A DNA stretch of 64,000 nt. Origin: a candidate division FCPU426 bacterium (GTDB taxonomy: Bacteria; Oederibacteriota; Muellerivitia; Muellerivitales; Muellerivitaceae). Location of the stretch: assembly GCA_963847625.1 (NCBI GenBank), contig CAWKAR010000050.1, forward strand, positions 64,001-128,000, given 5' to 3'. The notes below the pieces were generated by a model, which was not told the DNA's origin, searched no databases, and was given only the letters and a program-made list of their open reading frames with translations. Each line of letters opens with the position of its first letter. Position 1 is the first letter of the stretch. Positions 19,164-28,183 of this stretch are shown here, piece after piece. The position numbers and the translations under genes are program-made.

Positions 19164-19690
19164 TTATTTACTTTCCTTCCCACGAACTCCTCCAGGTGCA
19201 CGAAATTGCGTAAATGGGGCATCCGGTCGATGTAGAAGTTCCCGTTCAAGTGGTCCACCTCGTGCTGGAGGACCCTGGCCTCGAATCCTTTCAGCGTCTT
19301 GCGCACTTTATTGCCTCCCAAAGTCAGGGCCTCGAAGGTGACACTGTAAGAACGGGGAACCAGGCCCCGATAGCCGGGAATGCTCAAACATCCTTCCCAG
19401 TCCTCCTGGGTCTTTTTTGAGTATTTTACGATGCGCGCGTTCAAGTAGACCTGGAGCGGGAAGTGGGGCTGGCCCGGATAGCGTTTGTTGCCCCGGCACT
19501 CCATCACCAGGATCCGGCGGCCGTCCCCCACCTGGTTGGCGGCGAGCCCGACGCCCTGGGCCTGGCGCATGGTCACGGCCATTATCGCCGCGAAGGTTTT
19601 AACCTTGGCTGAAACCGCCTCGCGGGGTGATACATCCCGGGATCTTTTCCGCAAGACGGGCCGCCCGATTTTAACGATGATTTGCCGCAT
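19160..19690 (-). CDS. def: Peptide deformylase
   Basis: GVGLAANQVG, EGCLSIPG, QHEVDHLNG. Confidence 0.95.
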   Translation of the reverse strand: MRQIIVKIGRPVLRKRSRDVSPREAVSAKVKTFAAIMAVTMRQAQGVGLAANQVGDGRRILVMECRGNKRYPGQPHFPLQVYLNARIVKYSKKTQEDWEGCLSIPGYRGLVPRSYSVTFEALTLGGNKVRKTLKGFEARVLQHEVDHLNGNFYIDRMPHLRNFVHLEEFVGRKVNK

Positions 19691-20019
19691 AAAAAAAGTT
19701 TCCTTATGCTTTATCTTTTTCCGAGCCCTTACACCCATCACCTTCTTAATTTACCACGACGGGAGAGAAGTCCGAATTCCAGCTTCATTTTATTTCATTT
19801 TCCTAAAAAGACCTAAAAGGGATGGGGCTTTTGACGATGGGAACCAATGGCAAGGGATGAAGTGAAGGATGAAATAAGACCCGATTTTCATCCGAAAGTC
19901 CTAAAATATATTGTAAGGGTTTGGTAATTTTATCGGATTTTTAAATGCTGAATGGAATAAAGACCTTTTTTAACACGCTATTAAATAAAGGAACCCTGCA
20001 GCCAAAGGGATAAGTTGAT

Positions 20020-21348
20020 ATGAAAACCCGGGTTATTTTGTTTTTTCAATTTTTAGCGGCATTTATTGCCATGAGTTTAGCCGCTCAAGGTTGGGCCCAA
20101 AACATCATCGAGACGGATCTCGGGACACAACCACCCTCGATATTGGTCCAAAATCTCATGGGCGGCGGAATAGCCTTCAGCAACGTGATCTACCAGGGTA
20201 CGGTGGAGTCGGCCGGCACCTTCACCGGGGGGAACGGCATCATCGGGTTTGATTCGGGAATCATCCTCAGTACAGGACTTGCCGCCAGCGTCGTGGGCCC
20301 CAACGATCCGGGCGAGTGGTCCAACGATAACGGGGTGGCCGGTGACCCGGATTTAACAGCCCTTGCGGGTGGTGTTGACACCTATGACGCGACGGTCCTT
20401 TCCTTTGATTTTGTCCCGACTTACAACACGATTTCCTTTCAATACGTATTCGCCTCGGAAGAATATAACGCGTTCGTGGACTCGAGTTACAACGATGTTT
20501 TCGGTTTTTTCCTCAACGGGACCAACGTGGCCCTCATCCCCGGCACCACCACGATCGTGTCGGTCAACAATGTCAACGACTGCGTCAATTCCTCCTATTA
20601 CATCGACAACGTCGGGAGTTCGCAGAACGGCGGATGCGCATTAAACGTCGCCTCGGCGAACCTGAACACCGCCATGAACGGGTTAACCACGGTAATAACC
20701 GTGAACGCGCCCGTGAATCCGGGCGTGAACAATCATATCAAACTGGCCATCGCGGATGTGGCAGACGCATATTTGGACTCGAATGTCTTCATCCGCTCCA
20801 ACAGTTTCGCCAGCGTCCTCACAAACACGCCAACGGCCACACCAACGGCAACCACCTCTCCCGCCCCGTCACCGACCCCGACCGATACACCCACGTTTAC
20901 TTTTACGCCAACCGATACACCCACGTTTACTATTACGCCAACCGATACACCGACTTTCACTTCGACTCTTTCTTTTACCCCCACAGATTCTTTCACGCCG
21001 ACGGCTTCTTTCACGCCGACAGCTTCTTTTACGCCCACTTCTTCTTTCACTCCAACAGTTACGCCCACGCCCACTTGCGAAGTCCTTGTTTGGCCCGATC
21101 CCTATAACCCGGGCCGCGCGGTGGGAGGGGTGTTCAAGGTCAGTTGCATGCCCCCAGGCGCGGTCGTGAGCATCTATACGCTCTCGGGCGAATACGTGAA
21201 CCAGGCCGGGGAGTTGCGCGGAATGGTTGTTTGGGATGGCCGGAGCCAGTACGGTTCATACGTGTCATCCGGTGTCTATTATTATGTAGCCCAGCAAGGC
21301 GGAAAAACCCTCAAGAAGGGCAAGTTCCTGGTGACGAACGGTTATTGA
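20020..21348 (+). CDS. Secreted choice-of-anchor-L-like protein with Thr/Pro stalk and FlgD-Ig/T9SS-like C-terminal domain
   Basis: Signal peptide; [42 protein letters not shown]; (TPT)n linker; C-terminal WPDPYNP..IYTLSGE..WDGR..SGVYYY. Confidence 0.85.
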   Translation: MKTRVILFFQFLAAFIAMSLAAQGWAQNIIETDLGTQPPSILVQNLMGGGIAFSNVIYQGTVESAGTFTGGNGIIGFDSGIILSTGLAASVVGPNDPGEWSNDNGVAGDPDLTALAGGVDTYDATVLSFDFVPTYNTISFQYVFASEEYNAFVDSSYNDVFGFFLNGTNVALIPGTTTIVSVNNVNDCVNSSYYIDNVGSSQNGGCALNVASANLNTAMNGLTTVITVNAPVNPGVNNHIKLAIADVADAYLDSNVFIRSNSFASVLTNTPTATPTATTSPAPSPTPTDTPTFTFTPTDTPTFTITPTDTPTFTSTLSFTPTDSFTPTASFTPTASFTPTSSFTPTVTPTPTCEVLVWPDPYNPGRAVGGVFKVSCMPPGAVVSIYTLSGEYVNQAGELRGMVVWDGRSQYGSYVSSGVYYYVAQQGGKTLKKGKFLVTNGY

Positions 21349-21479
21349 ACGGATAAGCCCGATATTTTATATTTGCAAGCATTGTTGTCCAAATAAAACA
21401 AAATCCAATGAACAAAGATAAATAAAATCAGTAATTCTTTAGTCTAAAAGACGTTAAGCAAAACCTAGTTCTACGCCAC

Positions 21480-21792
21480 ATGCCAATCTTCCATGAAGCT
21501 TATAAAGAGATTGGTATAGTACTGATCACATTATATTTTTATGGATGATCAGCACAGATTCAGGGGATGTGCCGATTCACCCCCAAAGCAGTTAAGGAAA
21601 TCGGTACTATACCGAACTTTCATTGAAAGCTTTAATGAGGTTCGGCATGAACTCGGATTGGCCAAAGAAAAAAGGCTTTAAATATTTATGTTTATTAAAT
21701 CCCATGAATCCCATGTATGCCAGCCTTCTATAAAGCTTTTAATGGGGCTGGTATCATACCGATCTCATTATGTTTTTATGGATGATCGGCAT
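21480..21792. repeat. Three double-hairpin units (six 37-40-bp imperfect palindromes)
   Basis: Units at 21480-21555, 21569-21648 and 21717-21792; arms such as ATGCCAATCT/AGATTGGTAT, GTGCCGATT/AATCGGTAC, ATACCGATC/GATCGGCAT. Confidence 0.8.
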
Positions 21793-21891
21793 ATCCGTGG
21801 CTAGGTGTATTTTGGACAGGTGTGATTCGTAAGAGCAAACCGGAAGATTAAGCCAGCCGTAAATACCGAATTTATTCCCCAAAGGATCAAC

Positions 21892-22356
21892 GTGAAGATT
21901 GAAATCAGGCCTTTTCGCCCTAAAGATGAAAAAGCGGTCATTGGCTTGTGGCGGGAATGCCGCCTAGTAGTGCCCGAGAACGACCCGGCGAAGGATATCC
22001 GGCGGAAAAAGAACGAACACCCTGAGCTATTCCTGGTCGCCCTGGCGGACGGCGAACTGGTGGGAAGCGTCATGGGCGGATACGATGGGCACCGGGGGGC
22101 CGTCAATTACCTGGCGGTGAAGCCGGCCATGCAGAGGCAGGGAATCGGCCGGAAGCTGATGGCCGAATTGGAAGCTAAATTGAATAAACTCGGTTGTGCC
22201 AAGATCAACCTTTTCGTGCGCGTGGGAAACGCCGGAGTCGGCGCCTTTTACGGGAAAATCGGGTTCGGGAAGAACAAGACCGCCATTGCCTATGAAAAAA
22301 GACTCATTAACGACGGTCTGAAAAATAAAAAAACCGGCCGGACGGCGGCCGTCTGA
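21892..22356 (+). CDS. GNAT acetyltransferase (YpeA-like)
   Basis: VMGGYDGHRG, YLAV..QRQGIG, GCAKINL, FYGKIGF. Confidence 0.9.
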   Translation: MKIEIRPFRPKDEKAVIGLWRECRLVVPENDPAKDIRRKKNEHPELFLVALADGELVGSVMGGYDGHRGAVNYLAVKPAMQRQGIGRKLMAELEAKLNKLGCAKINLFVRVGNAGVGAFYGKIGFGKNKTAIAYEKRLINDGLKNKKTGRTAAV

Positions 22357-22393
22357 AATGATTTTTAGGACCTCCGCCCGGGCTGGGACCGTG

Positions 22394-22561
22394 CTATTTT
22401 TTTGGACCCGCAAAATACCAGATGATCAATCCGATTAAAGGCAACACCAGAACCACCAACACCCACAAAACCTTCGCTCCAACAGAAACCTTGCTCTTGA
22501 CTATATTGATTATGGCCCATATGTCGGCTATGAGAATCAAAATTCCAATGATACTTCTCAT
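22394..22561 (-). CDS. Small membrane protein, PLDc N-terminal-like (55 aa; below the ORF-track cutoff)
   Basis: Hand translation MRSIIGILILIADIWAIINIVKSKVSVGAKVLWVLVVLVLPLIGLIIWYFAGPKK; AAGGAG RBS. Confidence 0.85.
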   Translation of the reverse strand: MRSIIGILILIADIWAIINIVKSKVSVGAKVLWVLVVLVLPLIGLIIWYFAGPKK

Positions 22562-22888
22562 AAATTAAATCTCCTTGGTTCCTGAACGAATACCTAAAAA
22601 TCCGGCTGGCGTATCTTGCCGGGAGTTGCCTGTTCAGGGTTTATATTGCTGAAGCCGCCACCATCAGAAAGAGTTTATAGGCCGCGCGGGTTTGAATCAA
22701 TCGCCTAAATTGCCTTGCGGAAAAGGGTTTGGACATCAAAAACAGGAGACATTTTTGATGTATCCATTTTTCCGGATTTTAGGCAATTAAGGCTGGAACT
22801 TTAATGGGGAAAGGTTAGAAACTCGGGGAATTCAAGCCATCACTAGACGAACCTATTATTCCTTAATGAATAACGGTTCTCCGGTTCT

Positions 22889-23743
22889 TCATCCGAAATT
22901 TCCCGTTTGGTAATCCAGGAAGGCCTGCTTCAACTCGCCGGGGGTGTTCATGACGAAGGGGCCTCCCCGGGCGATGGGTTCCCCGATTTTTTGGGCCGCA
23001 GCGAACAAGAAGTGAGCTTTATCTCCGCTTGAAGCCATGAGATGAACCTCGTCTCCCTCGCCTAATACCCCCAAATACCCGGCTTTTACCGTAATTAATT
23101 TTTTATCCACCATCGTTTCGACTTGCCCCTCGATGACATAGACAAAGGCGTTTTGATTTATTGGAACCGGATGTTTGAATTCCGCGCCAGGATCCAATGT
23201 CACGTCAAAATAACTGAAGGGGATGCGGCTTCGGGCCGGGCTTTTCTTGCCGCCGTATTCTCCGGCAAGTATTTTCACTCGCACCCCGTCCCGCTGGACC
23301 ACCGGCAAAGCCTCCGAAGGGATGTCCTGGTAATAGGGATCGATCATTTTCAACTTGGCGGGCAGGTTCAGCCAAAGCTGGTAGCCCCAGGAAAGGCCGT
23401 CGGTTTGCTCGGGCATCTCGCTGTGGATGATCCCCTTGCCCGCGGTCATCCATTGGATGGCCCCGGTTTTCAAATGTCCCTCATGACCCCGGGAGTCCCG
23501 GTGGGTGAAGTTGCCGGCCATAAGGTAAGTCACTGTCTCGAAACCCCGGTGGGGGTGGTCGGGAAAGCCCGCCTGGTAATCCTCCGGGTCATCATTCTTG
23601 AACTCATCCAAGAGAAGAAAGGGATCCAAATGGTCCAGTTCCGGCGAAGCGATGATTCGCTTGAGCTTCACCCCGGCACCGTCGGAAGTGTCCCTTCCCC
23701 GGATGATTTTCACGATCGGTCGTAAGATTGCGGTCTGGTTCAT
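22889..23743 (-). CDS. Pirin family protein
   Basis: DPFLLLD, GFPDHPHRGFETVT, QWMTAGKGIIHSE, QLWLNLP, GGPFVMNT. Confidence 0.95.
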   Translation of the reverse strand: MNQTAILRPIVKIIRGRDTSDGAGVKLKRIIASPELDHLDPFLLLDEFKNDDPEDYQAGFPDHPHRGFETVTYLMAGNFTHRDSRGHEGHLKTGAIQWMTAGKGIIHSEMPEQTDGLSWGYQLWLNLPAKLKMIDPYYQDIPSEALPVVQRDGVRVKILAGEYGGKKSPARSRIPFSYFDVTLDPGAEFKHPVPINQNAFVYVIEGQVETMVDKKLITVKAGYLGVLGEGDEVHLMASSGDKAHFLFAAAQKIGEPIARGGPFVMNTPGELKQAFLDYQTGNFG

Positions 23744-23860
23744 GACAACCTCCCCTTTTCATTACCTTTATGAATTTTGGGGATGAAAAACCAGTAGTTA
23801 CTTCGGGGAGAGTGGGTAGATTAAAAGAGATACAGCCAACACATCTTAAAAAATAATCAC

Positions 23861-23984
23861 TAGCCACAGATGCATGGGATTAATGGGATCTATTTAAAAT
23901 TCAAAATTAAGAATTTAAAATTCATTCATGTGGTTTCCATGAATGTATTGGTTTATCTAAATGCATCCCCTGAATCCGTGGCTA
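23861..23984. repeat. REP-like element with inverted ends TAGCCACAGATGCATGGGAT...ATCCCCTGAATCCGTGGCTA
   Basis: Terminal inverted repeat; matches the interrupted inverted copy at 21475-21803. Confidence 0.7.
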
Positions 23985-24007
23985 AGCCATTGCTTTATTT
24001 TGATGAT

Positions 24008-24865
24008 TTAACTTCTCGCCTGGACCAGCCAGACCAGCACCGACGCGGCAAGGCAGTAGAATCCAAAATAGTTCCAACGGCCCTTTTCCAGCCAACTGGA
24101 GAGCCATCCTAGCGCCAGGAGGCCCGCGGCGAAGCTCAGGCAGGTTCCCAGGAGGCTCGGAAGAAACAAGTGGCCCAGGTTTCCCGACGCGGCGCCCCAT
24201 GCCGACTGGGCTTTCCAAAAACGAAGAATCTCCTTGCCCAAGGCAAAGGGCGTGATGGCCAGGGCCAGGGCAAAACTGAATTCCTCGGCTTTCCTGCGGG
24301 TCAAGCCCAAGAGGAGCCCGGTGGAGATGGTCGCGCCGGAGCGGGAAAATCCACGGAAAGGAAGGCAAAGCCCCTGGGCCAGTCCGATCCAGGAGGACTC
24401 CGAGGGGCCCAGTTTTTTTTCTTCCTTTTTCCCGGCATCTTTCCGGGAGGAAACGAGAATGAGGATTCCCGCGGCGGCCAAGGCGATGGAAATGAGCCGG
24501 AGATTGCCGAAGAGCATCTCCACTTCCGCGTTAGGCGTCCCCCGGAGCGCCACCTTTTCGATCAATTTCATCAGGATAAAACCCGCCCCGAGCGTCACCA
24601 GGGTCGCCAATAAGACTTGTTTCAGGAACGCGATGGCCCTTTCGCGGGAGTCGAAGTAATTGTTTTTCCAGTCCTCCCAGAAATAAACCAAAACCGCGAG
24701 CATGGTTCCGGTGTGGAGCGCCACGAGAAAAAGGGTCATGGAGGGGTCGGTGGGGTCCAGCCCCAGCAGTTTTTCGGCCAGGATCACGTGGGCGGAACTG
24801 GAGACGGGGAGAAGCTCGGCCAGGCCCTGGACCACGGCCAAGAAGGCGATTTGAAAAAGGTTCAA
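24008..24865 (-). CDS. uppP: Undecaprenyl-diphosphatase
   Basis: QGLAELLPVSSSAH, GFSRSGATIS, EFSF; multiple TM helices. Confidence 0.92.
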   Translation of the reverse strand: MNLFQIAFLAVVQGLAELLPVSSSAHVILAEKLLGLDPTDPSMTLFLVALHTGTMLAVLVYFWEDWKNNYFDSRERAIAFLKQVLLATLVTLGAGFILMKLIEKVALRGTPNAEVEMLFGNLRLISIALAAAGILILVSSRKDAGKKEEKKLGPSESSWIGLAQGLCLPFRGFSRSGATISTGLLLGLTRRKAEEFSFALALAITPFALGKEILRFWKAQSAWGAASGNLGHLFLPSLLGTCLSFAAGLLALGWLSSWLEKGRWNYFGFYCLAASVLVWLVQARS

Positions 24866-25098
24866 GTGGGGTTCCTTTCCCGACCCGAGGGGTCGTCCCT
24901 TGACGGCGGATAAGATACCCTAAAGTTCCCGGGAACGCTTCAGGAAAGGTGGGCGATCGGAAAAATATTGTGCCGGGCTGGTCGCTCGTAGGCAATGGCT
25001 TGATGGAATGTCCCTTGACTCAGGCGAATTTCGGACTCAATACTTATACCAAAGGGTTGAAAAGAGATGATCTTGCCAACACATTCGGGAGGAAACCT

Positions 25099-25482
25099 AT
25101 GATGGGTCTTTTTCTTTTAATCGGCGTGGCGGCGGGCGTGGCGGCGGGTTTTTTCGGCGTGGGAGGAGGCATCCTCATCGTCCCGGCCCTGACTTTCCTG
25201 GCGGGTTTCACCCAGGAGAAGGCCACGGGGACCAGCCTGGCGGTGCTTCTACCGCCCGTGGGGCTGATGGCGGTGCTGGAGTATTACCGGCACGGCAACG
25301 TGGACTTGAAAGCGGGCCTGATCATCGCTTGCGGATTGGTGCTGGGAGCCTGGATGGGCGCGATGGGGGCCCACAAGATCGGGGAGGCGTGGTTGAAAAT
25401 GTACTTCGGATTGTTTTTAACCCTGATTGGGGTTTGGGTCATCGTATCGGCCCTCAAGGGATTGCCGGTCAAATCGTTGTGA
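25099..25482 (+). CDS. TauE/SafE-family permease (half-size)
   Basis: GFFGVGGGILIVP, ATGTSL; GGAGG RBS before the ATG at 25099. Confidence 0.85.
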   Translation: MMGLFLLIGVAAGVAAGFFGVGGGILIVPALTFLAGFTQEKATGTSLAVLLPPVGLMAVLEYYRHGNVDLKAGLIIACGLVLGAWMGAMGAHKIGEAWLKMYFGLFLTLIGVWVIVSALKGLPVKSL

Positions 25483-25514
25483 ACAACTATGATTCAACTA
25501 AATTATATTTAATC

Positions 25515-25665
25515 TGTCATCGCGAGGAGCAGCCCCAATCGGGGTGGTTTGCGACGTGGCGACCCCAGTTCGCCGTATGATTTGGGTTTGTTTGTGAGCT
25601 TATTTATACTGAGGTTGCTTCCTCGTTATCGTCCGCCTATTCGGCGGCCACTCGTCGCAATGACA
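25515..25665. repeat. GTCATTGCGAG-type REP-like inverted element between convergent genes
   Basis: TGTCATCGCGAGGAG at the left end and CTCGTCGCAATGACA at the right end, with internal hairpins. Confidence 0.7.
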
Positions 25666-25718
25666 GTCAAACAAAGCTTAAAAATTTTTCATCAGCAAAA
25701 ATCAAAAAGAAAAGATTT

Positions 25719-26342
25719 TCAGGGGTTTTTGTATTTGACGCCACAGCCGTAGGGAACCGTCGTCTTGACGGAAACCTCCCGACCCGACATGGCTTCCCGC
25801 AGGGCTTGGTCCGCGTAATTCAGGTAGGGTTTCCCATCCTTGGTGCTTTCGGAAAAATCATCCTCCAGGGGGGCGTTGTCCACCGCGCCGTCGTAAATCA
25901 GGACGCCCTTGGGATCGATGACGAACAGATGGGGCGTGGTTTTGGCCCCGTATGCGTGCCCGATCACCCCGGATGGGTCCAGGAGGGTCGCGGTGGGGAC
26001 GGCGCCGTTGCGGCTCACGTCCAAATTGGCTTTCCTCGCCGTCACATAACCGTCTTTGCCGGGCGCTGAGGAAATGACCTGGAACCAAATCACGCCCTTT
26101 TTGGTCCATTCCTGCTGGAGCTTTTGCATTTTTCCCTTGTACTGGCTTTGGGTGAAGGGGCAGTCATGATTGTGCCACTCCAGGACCACGAACTTTCCTC
26201 TGTATTCGGACAGTTTCCTTATTTTTCCATGGCTGTCCTTGCCCGTGAATTCCGGCGCCTTTTCTCCCACCCTTGCCGCCTGGACATTGGTAGCTGCGAA
26301 CCCCAAGGCCAGCATTCCCAGAATGAAGATTGTTTTTTTCAC
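25719..26342 (-). CDS. Exported redoxin (AhpC/TSA-like thioredoxin fold)
   Basis: Signal peptide, VLEWHNHDCPF, YGAKTTPH, YDGAVD, PYGCGVKY; GTG start after AAGGA. Confidence 0.88.
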   Translation of the reverse strand: MKKTIFILGMLALGFAATNVQAARVGEKAPEFTGKDSHGKIRKLSEYRGKFVVLEWHNHDCPFTQSQYKGKMQKLQQEWTKKGVIWFQVISSAPGKDGYVTARKANLDVSRNGAVPTATLLDPSGVIGHAYGAKTTPHLFVIDPKGVLIYDGAVDNAPLEDDFSESTKDGKPYLNYADQALREAMSGREVSVKTTVPYGCGVKYKNP

Positions 26343-26365
26343 TGAGGTCTTCCTTAAAATCCGTT

Positions 26366-26917
26366 CTATTTGGTTAAAACCGCCGCTCGGCTGCGCCAAA
26401 TCCGGGGGCGGCCCGATTCCCGGAACCCGGCGGCCTTGGCCAGGCCGAGGGACTCCTCGAAAGCCGCCGCATTGACGTGGCCCGAGGGTTCGGCGAACAA
26501 AAGACGCCCGCCCGGCTTGAGGACACCCGACATTTCCGCCCAGAATTTTTTTTGGTCCGGAAGTTCATGCACGACCGCGAAGGCCAGGGCGAAATCCGCC
26601 TGATGATTCAAGTCCCGCAGGCCCATTTCCCCCGTGGCTGGCGCGAGGCGGGTTTCAAGGCGTCCGGACAATCCGGCTTTCACCGCCCTGGACTTCAGGG
26701 TTTCCAGCATTTTGGACTGGACGTCCACCGCGACCACACGGCCTTTTTCCCCGACCCTCCGGGCGAGTTCCAAGGTGAAATAACCCATGCCCGGCCCCGG
26801 CTCCACGACCGTCATGCCTTCGCTTACGAAGGGTTCCAAGATCCGCGCGGGGTCCTGGACCCACTTTCGGAAAGGGATTAAAAGGAAGTAACCCAACCAC
26901 CAGGGACAAATATGCAT
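26366..26917 (-). CDS. Class I SAM-dependent methyltransferase
   Basis: HICPWW, EPGPGMGYFT, VAVDVQ, LKPGG. Confidence 0.88.
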   Translation of the reverse strand: MHICPWWLGYFLLIPFRKWVQDPARILEPFVSEGMTVVEPGPGMGYFTLELARRVGEKGRVVAVDVQSKMLETLKSRAVKAGLSGRLETRLAPATGEMGLRDLNHQADFALAFAVVHELPDQKKFWAEMSGVLKPGGRLLFAEPSGHVNAAAFEESLGLAKAAGFRESGRPRIWRSRAAVLTK

Positions 26918-26933
26918 CTGTTCTCCTTGTTGT

Positions 26934-27575
26934 TTAACCGCGCTCGCCCTTTTGCCACATCTCATAGCTGAGGCGGGGGATATTCATGAAGGCGTCCCGG
27001 GTGCGCACATAGTTGCCGGTGCCATTCATCCGGCCCAAGGCATGGAGTTCCTGGGCGAGGATGTACGGGCCCTGGGGGTCGATGAACCGGTCCTCCACAA
27101 AAACCGCCACGACTTCCCCCAGGATGATGCGCGACCGGCCCGGTTTCAAAGTCTCATAGGTCCGGCACTCCAGCGCGGCATGGGACTCCTTGACGCGGGG
27201 AACGGTCACTATCGAGGAGGCCTCCGCCGTCAGGCCCGCCATTTCCAGCTCACTCACTTCGGGAGGAAACTCCACCCCGCAGATGTTCATCTGCCGGGCG
27301 ATGTCCTCGGTAACGATGTTGACTACGAACTCGCCCGAAAGCTCGATGTTGCGGGCCGTGTCCTTGACTCCATCCCCCTCTCCCGATTTCCCCGCGATCC
27401 CCAAACCCACGATGGGGGGGTCCAGGCAGAGGTAGTTGTAGGCGCTGAAAGGGGCGGCGTTGAGCCGTCCGCCGGGGCCGAGGGTCGTGACCAGGGCGAT
27501 GGGGCGCGGGGCGATCAAGCCCATCATGAGATTATAAACCTCGCGCAGGGGGGATTTTTTCAGGTCAAAGTTCAT
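26934..27575 (-). CDS. Flavin reductase family protein
   Basis: PRPIALVTT, NAAPFS, KDTARNI, EFVVN, LEC. Confidence 0.9.
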   Translation of the reverse strand: MNFDLKKSPLREVYNLMMGLIAPRPIALVTTLGPGGRLNAAPFSAYNYLCLDPPIVGLGIAGKSGEGDGVKDTARNIELSGEFVVNIVTEDIARQMNICGVEFPPEVSELEMAGLTAEASSIVTVPRVKESHAALECRTYETLKPGRSRIILGEVVAVFVEDRFIDPQGPYILAQELHALGRMNGTGNYVRTRDAFMNIPRLSYEMWQKGERG

Positions 27576-27681
27576 TTTTGTAACTCCCAATTTGATTGGA
27601 TTGCGGTTTCTTTGGTTCAAGCAAACCCATGAAAAGGATATGAATTGTTACCGGAATAATAAAGGGAATATGGTTTTTTGT

Positions 27682-27708
27682 TAAAGGGCGTTGAAATTAT
27701 GCCGTTAG
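27682..27708 (+). promoter_or_regulatory. Putative sigma28 (FliA) promoter
   Basis: TAAA-N15-GCCGTTAG versus consensus TAAA-N15-GCCGATAA. Confidence 0.55.
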
Positions 27709-27762
27709 GATGGTTATAAACCGAAGCCTCTCAACCGGGGCCAACCTTTAGAGGAATTCATC

Positions 27763-28116
27763 ATGACTTCTATCCCGAACATCAGCCCGAATATTCAGGC
27801 CGCCCTAAGCCGGGATACTTCCTTGAAGTCCATTACCGTGGCGGACCCATTCGCCAACCTGGTCAACGATCTCCTGGCCCAAAATTCCCCATCAGCCCAA
27901 CCAGGCGAAAACGCTATTCAAGCCCAGGAGCGGATCGCCGATTTCCAGCGGAAACTGGCGCTTCTCTCTGGAATAGCCCAACAGGCCCAGGAAGCCCTAA
28001 GCGGTCAAAAACCCATTCCGGGCGGATTTACCACTCCCGAGGAACAGGAATATTATTTCGCGGAATCCCAGCTCCGGCAAGTCGGACTTCCAGGAGCCGT
28101 CCTCGACGTGGTTTGA
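27763..28116 (+). CDS. Hypothetical protein (117 aa)
   Basis: GAGGA RBS, candidate promoter upstream and terminator downstream. Confidence 0.75.
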   Translation: MTSIPNISPNIQAALSRDTSLKSITVADPFANLVNDLLAQNSPSAQPGENAIQAQERIADFQRKLALLSGIAQQAQEALSGQKPIPGGFTTPEEQEYYFAESQLRQVGLPGAVLDVV

Positions 28117-28135
28117 GGGCGCATAGCTAAAAAAC

Positions 28136-28170
28136 AAAAAGGCCCCAGGAGATTTCCTGGAGCCTTTTTT
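28136..28170. terminator. Bidirectional intrinsic terminator
   Basis: AAAAAGGCCCCAGGA-GATT-TCCTGGAGCCTTTTTT between convergent genes. Confidence 0.8.
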
Positions 28171-28183
28171 ATCCTCTTGAGGA

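Noticed and set aside
21480..21792. Integron attC array or CRISPR mini-array
   Set aside because: No RYYYAAC/GTTRRRY boxes, no cassette ORFs or spacers, and no integrase; reported instead as a mini-element
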